A stretch of 64,000 nt of DNA from Octopus sinensis. Its lineage: Eukaryota. Where the stretch lies: positions 61,566,001 to 61,630,000 of the forward strand of contig NC_042997.1 in the NCBI RefSeq assembly GCF_006345805.1, read 5' to 3'. Positions 27,251 through 41,215 of the stretch are shown here, piece after piece. The stretch's first letter is position 1. Each line of letters begins with the position of its first letter. Made by a program: the position numbers and the translations under genes. The notes below the pieces were generated by a model, which saw nothing but the letters and a program-made list of their open reading frames with translations, was not told the origin of the DNA and did not search any database.

Positions 27251-27553
27251 AGAGAAAGAGAGAGATGTATGCTATTCAGCTCTTCCTAGAGTTTGTTACT
27301 ATTCTTGCTATATTAGGTGGTAAAGGTATATCCTTTAAAGATGTGTCGCTAAAATTTTTGCCATGTCAATGAAAATCCACTGTAAGTACTCCAAACCAAT
27401 AGAATAACAGAATATATAAATAGAAAACAAAATGAGATTTTAAAAATCCTGGCAAATATCAATTAAGCATTCAATATAAATGAATAAGGTTAAATTTCTA
27501 ACAATCAGATACAAGTAAATGTAAGTAGTATACAAATCCCATGTAAATATTTA

Positions 27554-28880
27554 CACTGGCGAAAATAAATTTAAGACTGAAGATAAAAGTTCTATTTCTT
27601 ACAAACTATTTTGTTACTAATACCACACAAATTATCTTTATCTTTTACACCTTATGCAGAATTTATTTCTCTTTCGAATGATGCAAACAATAACTATATC
27701 TATACAACTTGAAGAATTCTAATGCTAAATTAATATAAACGTTTCAAATTTACTGGCAAAATTAGTTTAAGACTGTATCATTATAATTTTATTTAAAGCT
27801 TAAGATTGTAGCAAAAATGAGCAACAAGAATGAAATACATATCAGTATTTTGTGCCATAGCCTTCATTCTTAATAACGGCTGAACAATGCCTCGGCATTG
27901 AATTCGCTAAGTGATTACAAAATCCCATGGGAATGTTTTGCCATATTTCATTGATATAATCAAATAATTGTTTTAGATTAAATGGTTTTTTTAGCATGGA
28001 CTTTTTGGGAAACATAATTCCACAGGTTCTCGATTGGATTCAGGTCTGGGCTCTGCAGAGGCCATTCGATTACATCAATATTATGGTGATCAAAAAATTG
28101 CATAACCTTTTTGGCTTTGTGCACAAGACAATTGTCCTGCTGATAAAAAGCCCCAGAGCCATTTCGTGAGTCAAATATGGCACAACATTATCCTTTAGTA
28201 GATTCATATAACCTACACTATTTAACTTTCCATCAACTTTATCTAGAGGGCCAACACCAAAGCTACAAATGCTGCTCACACCATCACACCCCCGCCCCCT
28301 ACTTGTGCCGTCTTTTTCATGCATTTCGGATGGAATTCCTTGGTTGGGCAACATTTGACGTATGTTTTACCATCTGATCCAAATATACAGAAGTGTGACT
28401 CATCACTTCAAAGGAATCACTCCAAAGGACCCTGCACCAATCTTCAGCAGTCCATTGAGCATGGCTTTTTGCGAAATTAGGGATTTGAGTCAATTTCTTT
28501 CAGATATTATTGGCTTTTTCCTAGCGATTCGTCCTTGTAGTCCAAATTCTCTCAAATGGTTGCATACGGTTTGTGGTTTAAAAATAACACCATTTTCGTT
28601 GGACAATTGTAAACAAATGTCAATAGCTGTCAGCATTCGGTTGCTTTCCGAAAGTCGGTGGATTCGGCAGTTCAACTGCGCCGTCGTTTTTCTTGGGGCG
28701 CAAGTCCTTTGCTGATCTTTATATTGACCAGTCTCCGAGTATAACTTCCACGCTTGCATGCAAGCTGTTTTACTGCGCTTTAGTTGCTTGCTGATGTTCA
28801 AAAAGGAAAGTTTTTGCTGGTGGAGTAATACGATTTTTGCTCTCGTGACTGGACTGAAGCTACGTTGTTTTCTCATTATT
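27554..28880 (-). mobile_element. Tc1 transposon with decayed transposase (27842-28876), IR/DR-type end
   Basis: Paired-like HTH (MRKQRSFSPVTRAKIVLL...RTCAPRKTT), ARKKP, and a C-terminal SMPRHCSAVIKNEGYGTKY*. TA|cactggcgaaaataaatttaagact at 27554, with an inner direct repeat at 27752. The other end is replaced by a SINE tail. Confidence 0.85.
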
Positions 28881-29559
28881 AATCAATGAGTAAGTACTAG
28901 GCTTACAAAGAATTAGTCCTGGGGTCGATTTGCTCGATTAAAGGCGGTGCTCCAGCATGGCCGCAGTCAAAATGACTGAAACAAGTATATATATATACAT
29001 ACATAACATAACATAACATAACATAACATATATATATATAAAGTAACAAACTGAGGAAAAGAAATCCTTCAAAGGGGTGTGTTAAACATCCAATTCACTG
29101 GTACTTCAATTGGATACCATATAAATATTGGTATAATTCTATTATAAAGATAAATTAAATATGGAAATATTCTATTGACAATCAATTCTATTGACTATTT
29201 ATATTACAATATTACATTAAATACCATGAATATAATATATAGCATAACATAACAATATCATATATACAATCATAAAAACTATAAAAGGCCAGCAAATTCT
29301 TTCGACATATATAAATATTTTCTGATATACATAATCACAGTTCCATTATATATATAGACACTTCAGGGTATTTGGTTCAGAAAAGATGAAATTCCGTGTA
29401 ATATTAAAATAATTACAAAATTCTGATACAAGGGAAACAACTTTTATTGTATTTCATCATGAGCTTTAAGAGTTAACTCCCTTAATAATTTTTACTGTTA
29501 GGAAATTAACTAATTTTTTCTAAGTTTCGTTTTGTACGTGCGTGTGTTTTATTCTTTTA

Positions 29560-29822
29560 CTTATTCCAGTCATTTGACTGCGGCCTTGCTGGAGCACCGC
29601 CTTAAAGGGTCTTTTTAGATGAAGAAATCGACCCCAAGACTTATTCTTTGTAAGCCTATACTTAATTTATCGGTCCCCTTTGTCGAACCGCTAAGTTATG
29701 GGGACGTAAACACACCAACGTCGGTTTCAAGCGATGGTGGGGGGGGATAAACATACAATTGTCGTGATTAATAAAAATTCTCGTATTTTCCATCTTTCAT
29801 TTACCATACTATGTATGTGTAT

Positions 29823-29885
<63 letters not shown>

Positions 29886-30030
29886 AGCTTCTATCAGTTC
29901 CTGTTAACCAGATCCATTCTGGTTGGCTAGAGACACCATAGTAGAAGACACTTGCCCAAGGTCCGATGAAGTGAGACTGAACCCAGAACCGTGTAGTTGG
30001 GAAGCAAGCCTCCTACCACACAGCCACACG
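29560..30030 (-). mobile_element. CORE-type SINE copy
   Basis: Reverse complement of head (gtggctgtgtggtaggaggcttgcttccc) and tail (cggtgctccagcaaggccgcagtcaaatga). Confidence 0.8.
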
Positions 30031-30315
30031 TGTATGTGTATTTTTACTTTAGTTTCATTAGAATAAGTACAATTTTAAACTTTTGTTTTAAATATCAGAA
30101 TGCGACCATGCTGGAGCCCCATTTTGAAGGGTTTAATTCAACAAATCGGTCCAGTACTTATTAAGTCCAGTATTTATTATCTCGAACCATTATACCCAAC
30201 TGCTAAGTTACAGGGATGTAATCAAACCAATACTGGTTGTCAAACAGTGGTGGAGGAACAAATACAGATACATAGACACACACATGAACTCCCATGCACA
30301 CATACATACATACAT

Positions 30316-30347
<32 letters not shown>

Positions 30348-30360
30348 CATACATACATAC

Positions 30361-32514
30361 TGTTGTGGAAGGATTCCAACCAGGACACACACACACACAC
30401 CCCTAACCTACCCAGTGACTAAAGGTGAACTGACTCATTATTATGAATTAAAGAACTGTGAGTAATTGGCAGTTTGTATTGGTAAACAGTTCACCATAAG
30501 CCTTTGATATAGAGTGGTGAGTCTCATGTAATAGTAATAGGAGTGCGTTGTGTATATACCTTCTTCCCTCTGATTCGTTATATTATATATCCTTTACAAG
30601 GATATAAAAGTGGTGATGAGTTGTTCTAAGCTTGTGTTGGACATTAAAAGTATTTTTTTCGTTTGGTACGAAACCAAAGAAAACATTGTTTTAACATAGA
30701 AGACTTACTGGCCTCTGTGGTGAGTTGCAACAGTAACAGTTGCTACAACAGCAGTTACAGCAGCAGCAACTACAACAGCAACAACAACAAAGCCAACAGT
30801 TGCTGGAATTAATGTAGAGGAAGTCTGAAAATACTTCATGTTCATACTCGCCAGACAATGTAGCAAACTCAATTGAAGAATTCAGCTATAAATCAGAAGA
30901 AGGTACTACCTTTTCTGCATATTTTTGTAGATGTGAAGAAATCTTTGAAGAAGAGTGTAAAAGTTGGTTCAACAAGAAAAATGCATGATTACTTTTAAGA
31001 AAGTTATTCCCTGCTGTACACGAAAAATATGGTAATTATATTTTGCTGAAGAAGCTTGGTGAGATTTGTTTAAATTTTATCGAAAAAGATGATGAAGATT
31101 TTGTCACCTATTCTGGAGTGCTTAACAGAGTGTGAGAAACTCAAACTGAATAAGTTGACCCTGGACATGTTCAAGTGTTTTTAATTTTTGTTCAAGGGCT
31201 TACTGCAAGCAAAGATGCAGATATACATTTCCAGGACCAAAATTTAACTCTACAGGTAGTGGCAGAAAAATTTCAGAGGATCATTTATCTAGAACATGAT
31301 GCAAATAAAACTGAAGAGAAAGATTATTCTCAGATTCAAGCGTGTTGACTAGTAATGAATAAGAAAATTGACAAAAAATACGAAGACCAAATCCATGTTA
31401 TGTGATATACATTTTAAAAATAATAGTCCATTTATAAAATATAAAATGTTTCAAGTGTGGTAAAATAGGCCATAAAAAGTCACATTCTAGGACAGAACCT
31501 AAAAAATAGTTCAACAGATAAAATCACATAAACAGATTATTGGTGACAAAAAATATGAACAAGCCTCAAAGGAAATTTGTGTATGTAAAAATTAATAACA
31601 AAAACGTAAAGTTACAAGTGGATGCAGGCAGCGACATCTCATGAATTAACAGAGATACATGGAAAAAAATCAGGTGACCTAAATTAAATGAAACTTCGAA
31701 AATTGCCTGTGTTGTTTCAGGACAAAAAATTATATTTTAAGGGTGAATTAATAAATAACATTACATTTCGGGGAAAAACCTTAAAGGCTAAAGTTTTTGT
31801 GTTAAATAATACAAGCTTGTTCGGTACTGATTGGATGGAATTGTTTAATTTATGGGACTGCATCATAAATCTTTTCTGTAAAAATGAAAATAGTTTTCCC
31901 TCCAGAACAAATAAGTCGTCAGACAAATTGAAAAGGATTTTTTAAATATTTTTCCTGAAGTTCTGTCTGATAAATTAGGTCTGAGTACCAAAACAAAGGC
32001 ATGGTTTCAAATAAAAGAAAACAGCATACCAGTATTTAAACAAAAACGAACTGTACTGTTCACAGCATTTGAACAAGTGAACCTAGAGTAAGAGAGACTA
32101 GAAAAAGTTTGAGTTATCCAAAAAGTGGAATGCTCTGAATAGACTTCACCAACTATGTTCATTAAGAAAAAGAATTATAAAACCAGAGTGTGTGCTGATT
32201 TTTTTCCACATAAAAGTGAACTTGGAGTGGAGTTCATTTCTCAAAAGGGGAGAAGATAGGGGAGACTGTTTCTAAAAAGAGGAGATGTCATGGAAGGATT
32301 CCGACCACCCCACCAGGTCACTAAAGTTGGACTGGCTCTTTGTAATAAATTAAAGAACTGTGATTGATTGGCAGTTCGTATTGGTAAGTAGTTCACTGTG
32401 ACCCTTTGATATAGAGCATTGAGTCTTATGTAATAGTAATAGCAGTGCATTGTGTATGTACTTTCTTCCTCCTTGCTTCGTTATATTATATATTCAATAC
32501 AAGTATATAAAACA
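30361..32514 (+). mobile_element. Internally deleted Ty3/Gypsy LTR retrotransposon
   Basis: LTRs 30361-30610 and 32286-32514, PBS-like tggtgatgag at 30611, PPT aaaaagaggaga before the 3' LTR. Decayed gag (poly-Q, EFSY...TFSAYF), protease (LQVDAGSD) and RT start (RVCADF). No RNase H or integrase. Confidence 0.88.
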
Positions 32515-32519
32515 TACAT

Positions 32520-35285
32520 ACATACATGCATGCATTCAAAAAAGTAAACAAAACCAAAACAACAAAGAAAGAACCACCATGGGTTTTGAAGACAGAGAAA
32601 AAGATAACTGGTTTACAAAAGACCATCAGTCATATAATGATGTTTATTGTGTGCAAACAAGCAAATCACTATACATCTCACCAACAGAAAGTAAAGAAGG
32701 AGATAGATATGATGTTTGGAGACAGCAAAAAGACGACACTCACTTGCAAAATGATTACCCTCAAGCAGGAGCTAAAAGCTGTCAGTGAAAAACTCAAACA
32801 TTAGAAGAGAATAACCGAGTGAAGTACAATAAACAAAAAATTTAACCAGAACCAGGCAGCAGTATACAGAGACATGAGAAGAGGAGTAGGGAACATCACA
32901 GAAGTTCCTTCACAAGAAGACATAGACTCCTTTGTGACAAAAATCTGGAGTGAAGGAAGGTGTTTAACCAAAAGGCTCTGTGGCTGGAAGAAATTCGAAG
33001 AAGTTATTGCTCCTGCATTACACCTAAGACATACAACATTGTTGGTGAAACTCCAGGATGGAAAAGCACCTAGAAGTGACTTGATTGTTAGCTATTGGTA
33101 CAGAAAGCTAACCTTCTACTGACTATGTCTTATCAATCTGTACCATCAAGCTCTCAATGGGAACAGTAGCATACCACATTAGTCAGCTCTGGCAGAGACA
33201 AAATTGATCCCCCAAATAGAGAACCACCTACATAACAAAAAGCTTCTGGCCAATTGCAGGCCAGAACTTGATGTGTAAGATTATACAACATGCTTAAACC
33301 TCTTCCTTCAGGACCATTGTGAAACCAATAACATCATCACAATAGAACAAACAACTGGGAAGAAGGGAGTCTGGCTATGTGCTGAGCAATTGTTAATCAA
33401 CAAAACAGATGTGGGAGGTGCAAGAGCATTGGAGGAACTTTATTTCAATGTGGCTAGACTACAAGAAAGCCTTTGACTCTGTTCCCCACTCATGGATACT
33501 AGAAATCCTTCAAATTGCTAAAGTTCCAGTGAGCATAGTCAAAGCCATAGCTGACCTGACATCATCGTGGGCGACCATCTTGAAATTAAACACAAAGAGT
33601 AACTGTATTATCACTGACAGAATACAGTATTGCAAAGACGTATTCCAAGGGGACAGTCTCTCTATGATGTTGTTTATACTTTCTGTAAACCCCTTGTCAT
33701 TCATGTTAAGGAAGTCTGAATGATATCTCATTGGTTCACAAGGAAACAGAAATACCAAAATTACACACTGTTTCTTTATAGATGACTTGAAACTTTATGC
33801 AAAGAATATGCATGAGATGAAAAAGAGCCTTGGCCTAGTTACACCATTCTCAAAGGATGTAGAGTTGGAGATTGGTCAGGATAAATATTGTTATATGGTT
33901 GAGAAAAGGGGGAAAACTATAAGCCAGACTAGCAACATATCCATCAATGGTTTGACTGTTTCTCCTATATTTGATGAAGAACGTTACAGGTGTCTAGGGG
34001 TGGATGAAAACATATCTTACAATGACACCTGTAACAAAACACATGTCACTAAAGAATATTACAGCCAAATAAAGAAAATTTGGACCTCAGAACTCTCTGC
34101 ATTCAATAAAACAGTGGCCCACAATATGTTTGCAGTGCCATTACTCATACCAACATTTGGGCTACTTGATTGGACGCTTGATGAGATCCGAGCCATTGAT
34201 GTGAAAACCCGAAAAATACTAACAAGTATACATAATTTCCACATGTAGACCGCCTCTACCTAAAATGAAAACATATCATATCCCTCCAGCAACATCTTTT
34301 AATCACTAAGTGTTGATATGTTAGTAGAAAGCTCTGATATGATGGTAACATTGATCATGAAAGCAGTCTATCATGAACCGATTGCCAGATTACTACCTCC
34401 CATTTTGAAGGGTATGCGTTTTCAATCCAGGAACAGGAAATATCAACCAAGTTCCTGATGCACAAAAGGAGATGCAGGAGAAGCAATAAAATGTGACAAC
34501 CGATGCAGACTTTGTGGAGTTAACACCGAAGATATCACCCACATCATAATCAGTTGTCTGAAAATGTCATCACAGTATTATCTACCGATGAGATATGATG
34601 TTGTAGCTAGGACACTCTATAATGAAATCCATTGGAAGGATAACCCCAAGGACAAAGAAATAAGTATGGTAGAAGCCACTCATAATAAAAAGAAGTACTG
34701 GTGGAATGTCCCAGTGAAGACCTCAATAAAATGTAATCACAACAGACCTAATATAATGATTTGGGATAGAGAAGTGAGACTGTACAATTGTGGAAATTAG
34801 CTGCCCAGTGTATGTTATCATAAAGCTGAAGATCAGCGAGAAAAAGAATACCTACGCTAAACTATTGAGAAATCTGCAGTTACTCAATCCAGATTACAAG
34901 TTCAAGTTTATACCCGTAATTATTGGGGCCCTGGGATATGTAACACACTACCTAAATACCAATCTTGAGAAACTAGGCTTCTAAAAACTAGAAAGGAGAA
35001 GGCTAATTCGAAGACTACAGATCCAATCTGTCATTGGAACTGTAAAAATCTGTAAAAATTTCCAGAAGTTTAGCATTTAAATATATATGAGCATGTCTAG
35101 ATATACAACTATATGCATGAGAATACATGTATAAAGCAAAACATACAAATCTGCACATATTTGTATATACATACATACAAACAAAAATACCTTGTTATTG
35201 ACATTGAAATTCCAACGAGGGAGCCTTGGATCTAGGTTAGAATCTGGCTCTATTGGCAAGAAATCTTGAAATAGAACTGAACAAT
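32520..35285 (+). mobile_element. 5'-truncated R4/Dong-like non-LTR retrotransposon (RLE endonuclease)
   Basis: WLDYKKAFDSVPH, FQGDSLS, FIDDLKLY, CRLCG...HIISSC zinc knuckle, RPNIMIWD...EISCP...EK RLE motif. Many frameshifts. Confidence 0.9.
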
Positions 35286-35419
35286 CACACACTCACGTGT
35301 AAGTCTAAAACAATTAAATATAGACTCAACAAAAGGCATTTAAATCAAGAAAGAATTTGAACAAATAGAGAAGTATGTTATATTCCATCAAGTTCATGAT
35401 GGCAAAAACTGTTGATGTA

Positions 35420-36550
35420 AAGAATTTTCTCCTGATAATTTTTGTAACTGAAAGTTAAACGGACCAAAATCAGTGTATCTTCTGAAGGAAGGAGCAATTG
35501 CATACATAAATCAAAACATAATATCTGGATATGCAATATTCTTGAAGACTTTAGCAATAATGTCATCATCCTAACAAAGCCATTTTTCTAGATTTCACTC
35601 CTGCAAATGTTTCATAGCACTTTCTATATATGTCTGTTTTTAAAAAAAAGATAATTTCTTATGGACAAAATTGCCAAAGGATTCAATCTGTCATTTGTCT
35701 AAATGACTATAAAAATGAGAAAGGCTGAGCGCCTTTATTTTTCCCTTTCATATCTGAATTGTTATCATATCACTGACCTCTGAAGTTATGTAAGTCTAGC
35801 TTTCTCTGTCTAGCATACCTTTTATATAATCTGTAGTTTCTATAACTGGTTTATAGCCAACAAAATGTTCTTGATTGAAATGCGTTATGTATCTAAAAAT
35901 TGTATTGTAATTGAAAGCCACTTCACATGATTATACACTCTGAGCTGAAATATTTGGCATCTTTAGCTCATGTTAACATATTTTCCTAAACAGTATTTCC
36001 TAACAAATTGATAATCTTATTCTGAACATTTTCCCACAGTAGTGAATGTGACTTTCTTTAAGACAACCCACTGTGAATGTTCATTGACTGCCAGATCAAA
36101 TTTTCCAAATAGCTCAATAAGATTTTTAAACTTGTTTACAGCTAAATACTTGAAGTTCAAAGGGAAGCCAAAAACTAAAATGCTATAAATTACATCGATG
36201 TTCTCTGAACAAACAGGCCATTTTCTAAGAAAATTTTCACCAGTGTTAATTTTCTTATGCCTCATTGTCAAGAAGAAATAGTGTTTATTTGCATCTTTTT
36301 GAAAACTGCACTGTATTGATGCAATATGTTCAGTTCATAGTAATGTGAACACTTTCTATAACTAATAATTCATTTGGTCAATGTCCTGGATCATGGGGAA
36401 GATTACAAATTTTACTTTTAAAATTCTTCAACAAAATTGCATATTGAAGCAAAATGTTTTGATTTATGTTTGCACTTGCTCTTTCCTTCAGAAAATGGCG
36501 TTTTTGGTTCGTTTAACATTACAAACTTTCGATTACAAAAGCATCAGATG
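35420..36550. mobile_element. Old non-autonomous DNA transposon with ~100-130-bp inverted ends
   Basis: 35451-35550 aligns to the reverse complement of 36420-36520 (ttctgaaggaa.gagcaa.tgca.acataaatcaaaaca). Outer boundaries approximate. Confidence 0.6.
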
Positions 36551-37677
36551 ACAAATATGGAGAGATCAATGTAGCTGAATAACTTATGACTGAATTGCCT
36601 TTCACGACTGAAAGAATATGATAGCGTTGCACGTTTCTTTGTAACTTCTTGATAAATCCCCATTTTCTGTGTTCATTGTCTAATAGCTTTTTTAGAAACG
36701 ATCTAAGAAAAGAATAAAAACGTTTGAATTTTATCTATCTGTTTAACTGTCTACTTATTCGTCTGTTTCTCCAGACAGTCATCCGTTCGTATATCTATCC
36801 ATTCAGCTTTCAATTCGTTCGTTCATGTATCTGTCCATCTGTACCATACATCTATCCATTCGTCCGCCCGTCCATCCCTCCGTCTTTCCTTCCATCTTTC
36901 CATTCATTCATTCATCAAACCATTATGGTTCTGTAGTCGCCGGACAGCCCAAACTGAGTAGATTTATTGCATATAGGTAGTCCACAGAGTGAATAGTTGG
37001 AGTCCGTGGATTTATCCTCTGGATATATCATCCCTCCATTTAGTAGAGGACCATACTGCACATTCTGACATGTTGTAGTTAATCGTATGTAAACCATTGT
37101 GATGTGGAAGGAAAGGTATTTTTGAAAAGCAAAGGGGTGTTATGGGGATAATGCTTCCAAGGTAAAACCATAAACTCTAAAACCTACCTGGATGTTTTAA
37201 AGAAGTTATCTACACTTATGATTGTCCTTATTTTCACTGTATTTTAGCAAGACGGTATCTCTTATGATAAAAGGCAGATTTTTCTGCCTGTTCCCATGTT
37301 TCTTTTTAATACAATTCTACAATACAGAATTTCTTCAATTGGAATTTACCTATGATTTTTCCAAGTAGATTCGATTGGGTCATGGCATGTAAAGTTTTTT
37401 CAATTACCCCCAATTAAGCAAAAATTCGAGAAAACTCAATATTTTACGATTTGCCTCTCTCATTTCAAGTGGTTTACTCCTGCTATTACCACCACACTTT
37501 CTCCTACTTTCTCTTTGCAAGTGTGAAACTATTAAAGTGAAAGTATTATATAACAGGGATGAGCCATTAATACTGGTCATCCTTTTTGCTAGAGGAAGAT
37601 CCGCTATGGTCTTATATGCTACACCACTGGTTTTCAATTCATATTAATCAAATTAATATTCAATTTTTCACCCTTAT

Positions 37678-37710
<33 letters not shown>

Positions 37711-37979
37711 TAGCAATTCGTATAAAATTGCATCAATGACTTGAACTTGAATAAGTGGTTTCACATAAATGGTGATAAATTAAAAAGGTTTGTTGTTATT
37801 ATTACTGTTTGACGGATCTTTTCCTTTTGATGGGCGGAATTTTCTAGTATTCTATAATTCTGCAAAGATGCCTGTAAAGTCAGCCAAGGCTTTTTACTGA
37901 CTTTACAGGTATATTTCCATATTGTAGAAATTTTGCTTTCTGATAATGTTGCCATAATGCAGTATTCTGTAATGTGACA

Positions 37980-38700
37980 CCTCTTTCTGATTGATTTCTA
38001 TATTATGAATTGAAATGTATTCTTAAGGCTAACTTGTTAGATGTTTCCTTAGACCTCAGAACTAATCCTTACAAGCCCTTCCATAAGACTAACGAGAATC
38101 TTAAATATACTAATAAACAATTCGGTCACCCACCTATTGTTTTTAAAACCTTAATTCCAAACATTAATCATAGGATCACATACCTTTCTTCTTCTAAAGA
38201 AATATTCGAGGAGTCTGTCCCATATTATGATACAGCTCCACAAGATAGCGGCTTTACTGGAAAATCTTTTACAACCTTAATCATCTAGTTGTAAGAATAG
38301 GTCTGGAAAAGTTTTATGGTTCGTCCCCATCTTTCTCCCTTGATGTTAGGACAAATGTAGGAAAAAGATTCTTGCACTTAGATATTCATTTTCCTATAAC
38401 CCAGAGATACAGTAGAAAATAGACACACGATTAAAATTACCCTATTTTGCCCCACCCCAAATGTTAAGATATATATCAATAATCAACTGACGACTCACGC
38501 CTGCCTTGGATACACATATAGAGATAAATCTAAATGACTCGAGCAGAAAAGTGATATATCCTCCGTTGTTTATGAAGGACATGTATCAGCGAACTATGGT
38601 AGCTATCGAGCAGAACTTAAACGTTATATCGGAGACATGGAAGGAAAATTTAAATCTAGATATAACAAACATCTGTAGCATTCTGTATTAGCTTTAGTTA
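37980..38700 (+). mobile_element. Penelope-like retroelement fragment (RT thumb + GIY-YIG endonuclease)
   Basis: NLLDVSLDLRTNPYKPFHKTNENLKY...GHPPIVFK...SSSKEIFEESVPYY (PLE RT C-terminus), then VIY...YIGDMEGKFKSRYNKH (GIY-YIG). Frameshifted. Confidence 0.8.
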
Positions 38701-38802
38701 AAACATGCATTTTGGGACTTCAAGGTAGGCTCAGGCGACACTGTCAGTTTACAGCTTTACTGAGTCTATGATTTCACTTTAGTGATTTTATCACCAGTTT
38801 AG

Positions 38803-39417
38803 TGAAGGCGTCACTATTTTGGTGAGTTCACTATCTTCGTAGTTAATGTGTAGCTATAGCCCAATGGAGTGTTCACAGTCTGGTTAAAGTGACGACGTCG
38901 GCGGTAGCAATTTGTTGATACTGTGTCTGTATGATCGATCAGTAGTAATTGGTATTCAAAGACAGATGGACAAAACTCAACCTTGTTCAATAGCAAAGTT
39001 TATTCACAGCAGGGGGTTACGTACAATGTTAATATTTTGCATAAGATTTCCTGTAAAGAAGTTGTGTCCTTGTAGAGATGTGTAGTGTTTTATTCTCCAA
39101 TCGAAAACCGGTGATTACCGTACGTTGACGAGAGGCAAAAACCTCGAAACTATAGTCCGTGCGTATCACTTAGGTTTTCGAGAGGGGATGACTTCCCTTT
39201 GCGAATATCAGAAGGGCACAGAAAGTGTGTCTAAAGCCAGCTGGAGACGATGATCTCCTAGGGCTAAAAGCTTCAGTAACACCCACCCCCAGTGGCTAGC
39301 CACATTGAGATGGCTAGTACACTTTACGTTGTCGAGCGGTTACTGTTTACATCTCGTTCTGAGATTTATTATTGCTCTCTGTTGTGTTAACAGTAAATGA
39401 ATGAATGCGTGAAGACA
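38803..39417 (-). mobile_element. Solo LTR
   Basis: TG...CA termini, 4-bp TSD TTAG (38799-38802 and 39418-39421), AATAAA on the minus strand near 39000, CpG-richer than flanks. Confidence 0.75.
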
Positions 39418-39459
39418 TTAGTTGTACTTTGTATATGTAGAAGAGACTGGATAGAAGTG

Positions 39460-40620
39460 TTTATAGATAGCATAAAGATAACGACATTGAGTTTGGTCTA
39501 TTCTGCCAGTGTCTGTGGAAAAAAAATGTTCTTGTGTGAGAGAGGCCAGTGTAAATCGCGATAGAGCAAAACAGTATGCCGGGAGTCCTTTGGAAGTGAA
39601 ACGAGGACGTCAAGGAACTCTCTTTCTTTATTATCCACACAGGCACTAACACAATAGGGACAGCACATGGTGGGGACAGAAACAAAAACGGATGGAAAGG
39701 ATGGATTAGATAAAATAATAAATGAAATAAAACCGTTCGGCCCCACCTCCGAGCGACTTTATTGAACCTGTTAACACAGCTTCTTTTTCAAACACTACTT
39801 GTAACAGTTTAAAACACTATCTGTAACAGCTAACTTTCATCTTTCCGAAGAATGTCTATGCTAAATTTCTCTAAAAGTTTAAGAGAGTTTATCCGTTCTG
39901 GTATTGTGCTGGTGTCTATTTTCTTGACCCACCACTCAAAAGCATCCTCATAATCCTTTACTCTCGAAAGATACTCAAGGTCTGCCAGTGCACAATGTAC
40001 TCGGCCAATCCCCTAACTTCTGTTATATTCACTTTTATCGCTCTGTCCCATGAGTCTATCTCATTATAAAGTTTTTCATTTTGTCCGTTGTACAGTATAA
40101 CATACTTTTTCTCACAGGGCTAGAGTAGGGAAGATTGGGGCTCCTGAGTGCTTGTGATTGTTTTTGTGTCAGGTGGGATATGGAAAGGGTTGGTGTCCGT
40201 AGGGAGATGTTGGGGTAGTGTGCTTTTTTCCTTCTCTTCTTTTTTAGTCAGCCGTTTTTCACCCGTTCTTTTCCTCGTTCACCTCCTCTTCCTCGGCGAT
40301 GGTGAATTCGCAATTTCTTTACTGCTCTCATGTTTCTCTAGTTATCACGGGTGGCGGAAGACAGTCAGCTCTAATGTGGCCTTTCAAGCCACATTTATAA
40401 CATCGCAGGATCCTGCTTTCTACTCTGACCCTGAGTATTACCTCTTTGACCGTGATGGTCTTGACTATGTTTTGAAGGTCTTCCGGGGGCCCCTGGATTA
40501 TTATATCTAGGCTCTGCCCTTGCCAGTTCTTGTTGGGTGTTCTGGTGGACGGGAGGACCACTACCTTCTCTTCTGTGCTCATCAGTATGACAGCTGCTTC
40601 GTATAGTCTCTTCAGATTTC
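39460..40620 (-). mobile_element. L1/Tx1-like LINE 5' fragment (ORF1 zinc knuckle + decayed APE)
   Basis: CYKCGLKGHIRADC CCHC knuckle (ORF 40328-40582). DNKEREFLDVLVSL...VLLYRDL resembles the APE segment ending in GDFN. Confidence 0.65.
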
Positions 40621-40854
40621 AACCATGTTTCATATATTTATATATCTTTTTATACAATACTATTTTAGACATATATATCTTCGTGAGAAATCGTTTTGAT
40701 ATTGAATTTCATGCTATTATTTCAAAATACGGTATATATAATAGCTCGTATTAATGTCTAAATACTTTGTAGTATTAATATTTTTGACATTTTATACAAA
40801 GAGCACTCATTATAAATTCAGTCTATAATATTCTAACAGAATATATTTAATTAA

Positions 40855-41215
40855 TGATGTATGTATGTATGTATGTATGTATGTATGTTGTATGTATGTA
40901 TGTATGTATGTATGTATGTATGTATGTATGTATGTATGTATGGATGGATGGATGGATGGATGGATGGATGGATGTACTATACATATGTGTATATGTATAT
41001 ACATATATGTGTATGTGTATGTGTATATATATATATGTATGTATGTGTCATTGTATATACGTATGTATGTATATATATATATGTATGTGTGTGTGTATAT
41101 CTATACTTATTTATATGGTATACACACACTCAGACACACACACACGCACACACACTCGCACACACACGCACGCACACACACACACACACACATACATACA
41201 CACATATATACATTA
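40855..41215. repeat. (TATG)n/(GGAT)n/(CA)n microsatellite cluster
   Basis: Directly visible. Confidence 0.95.
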
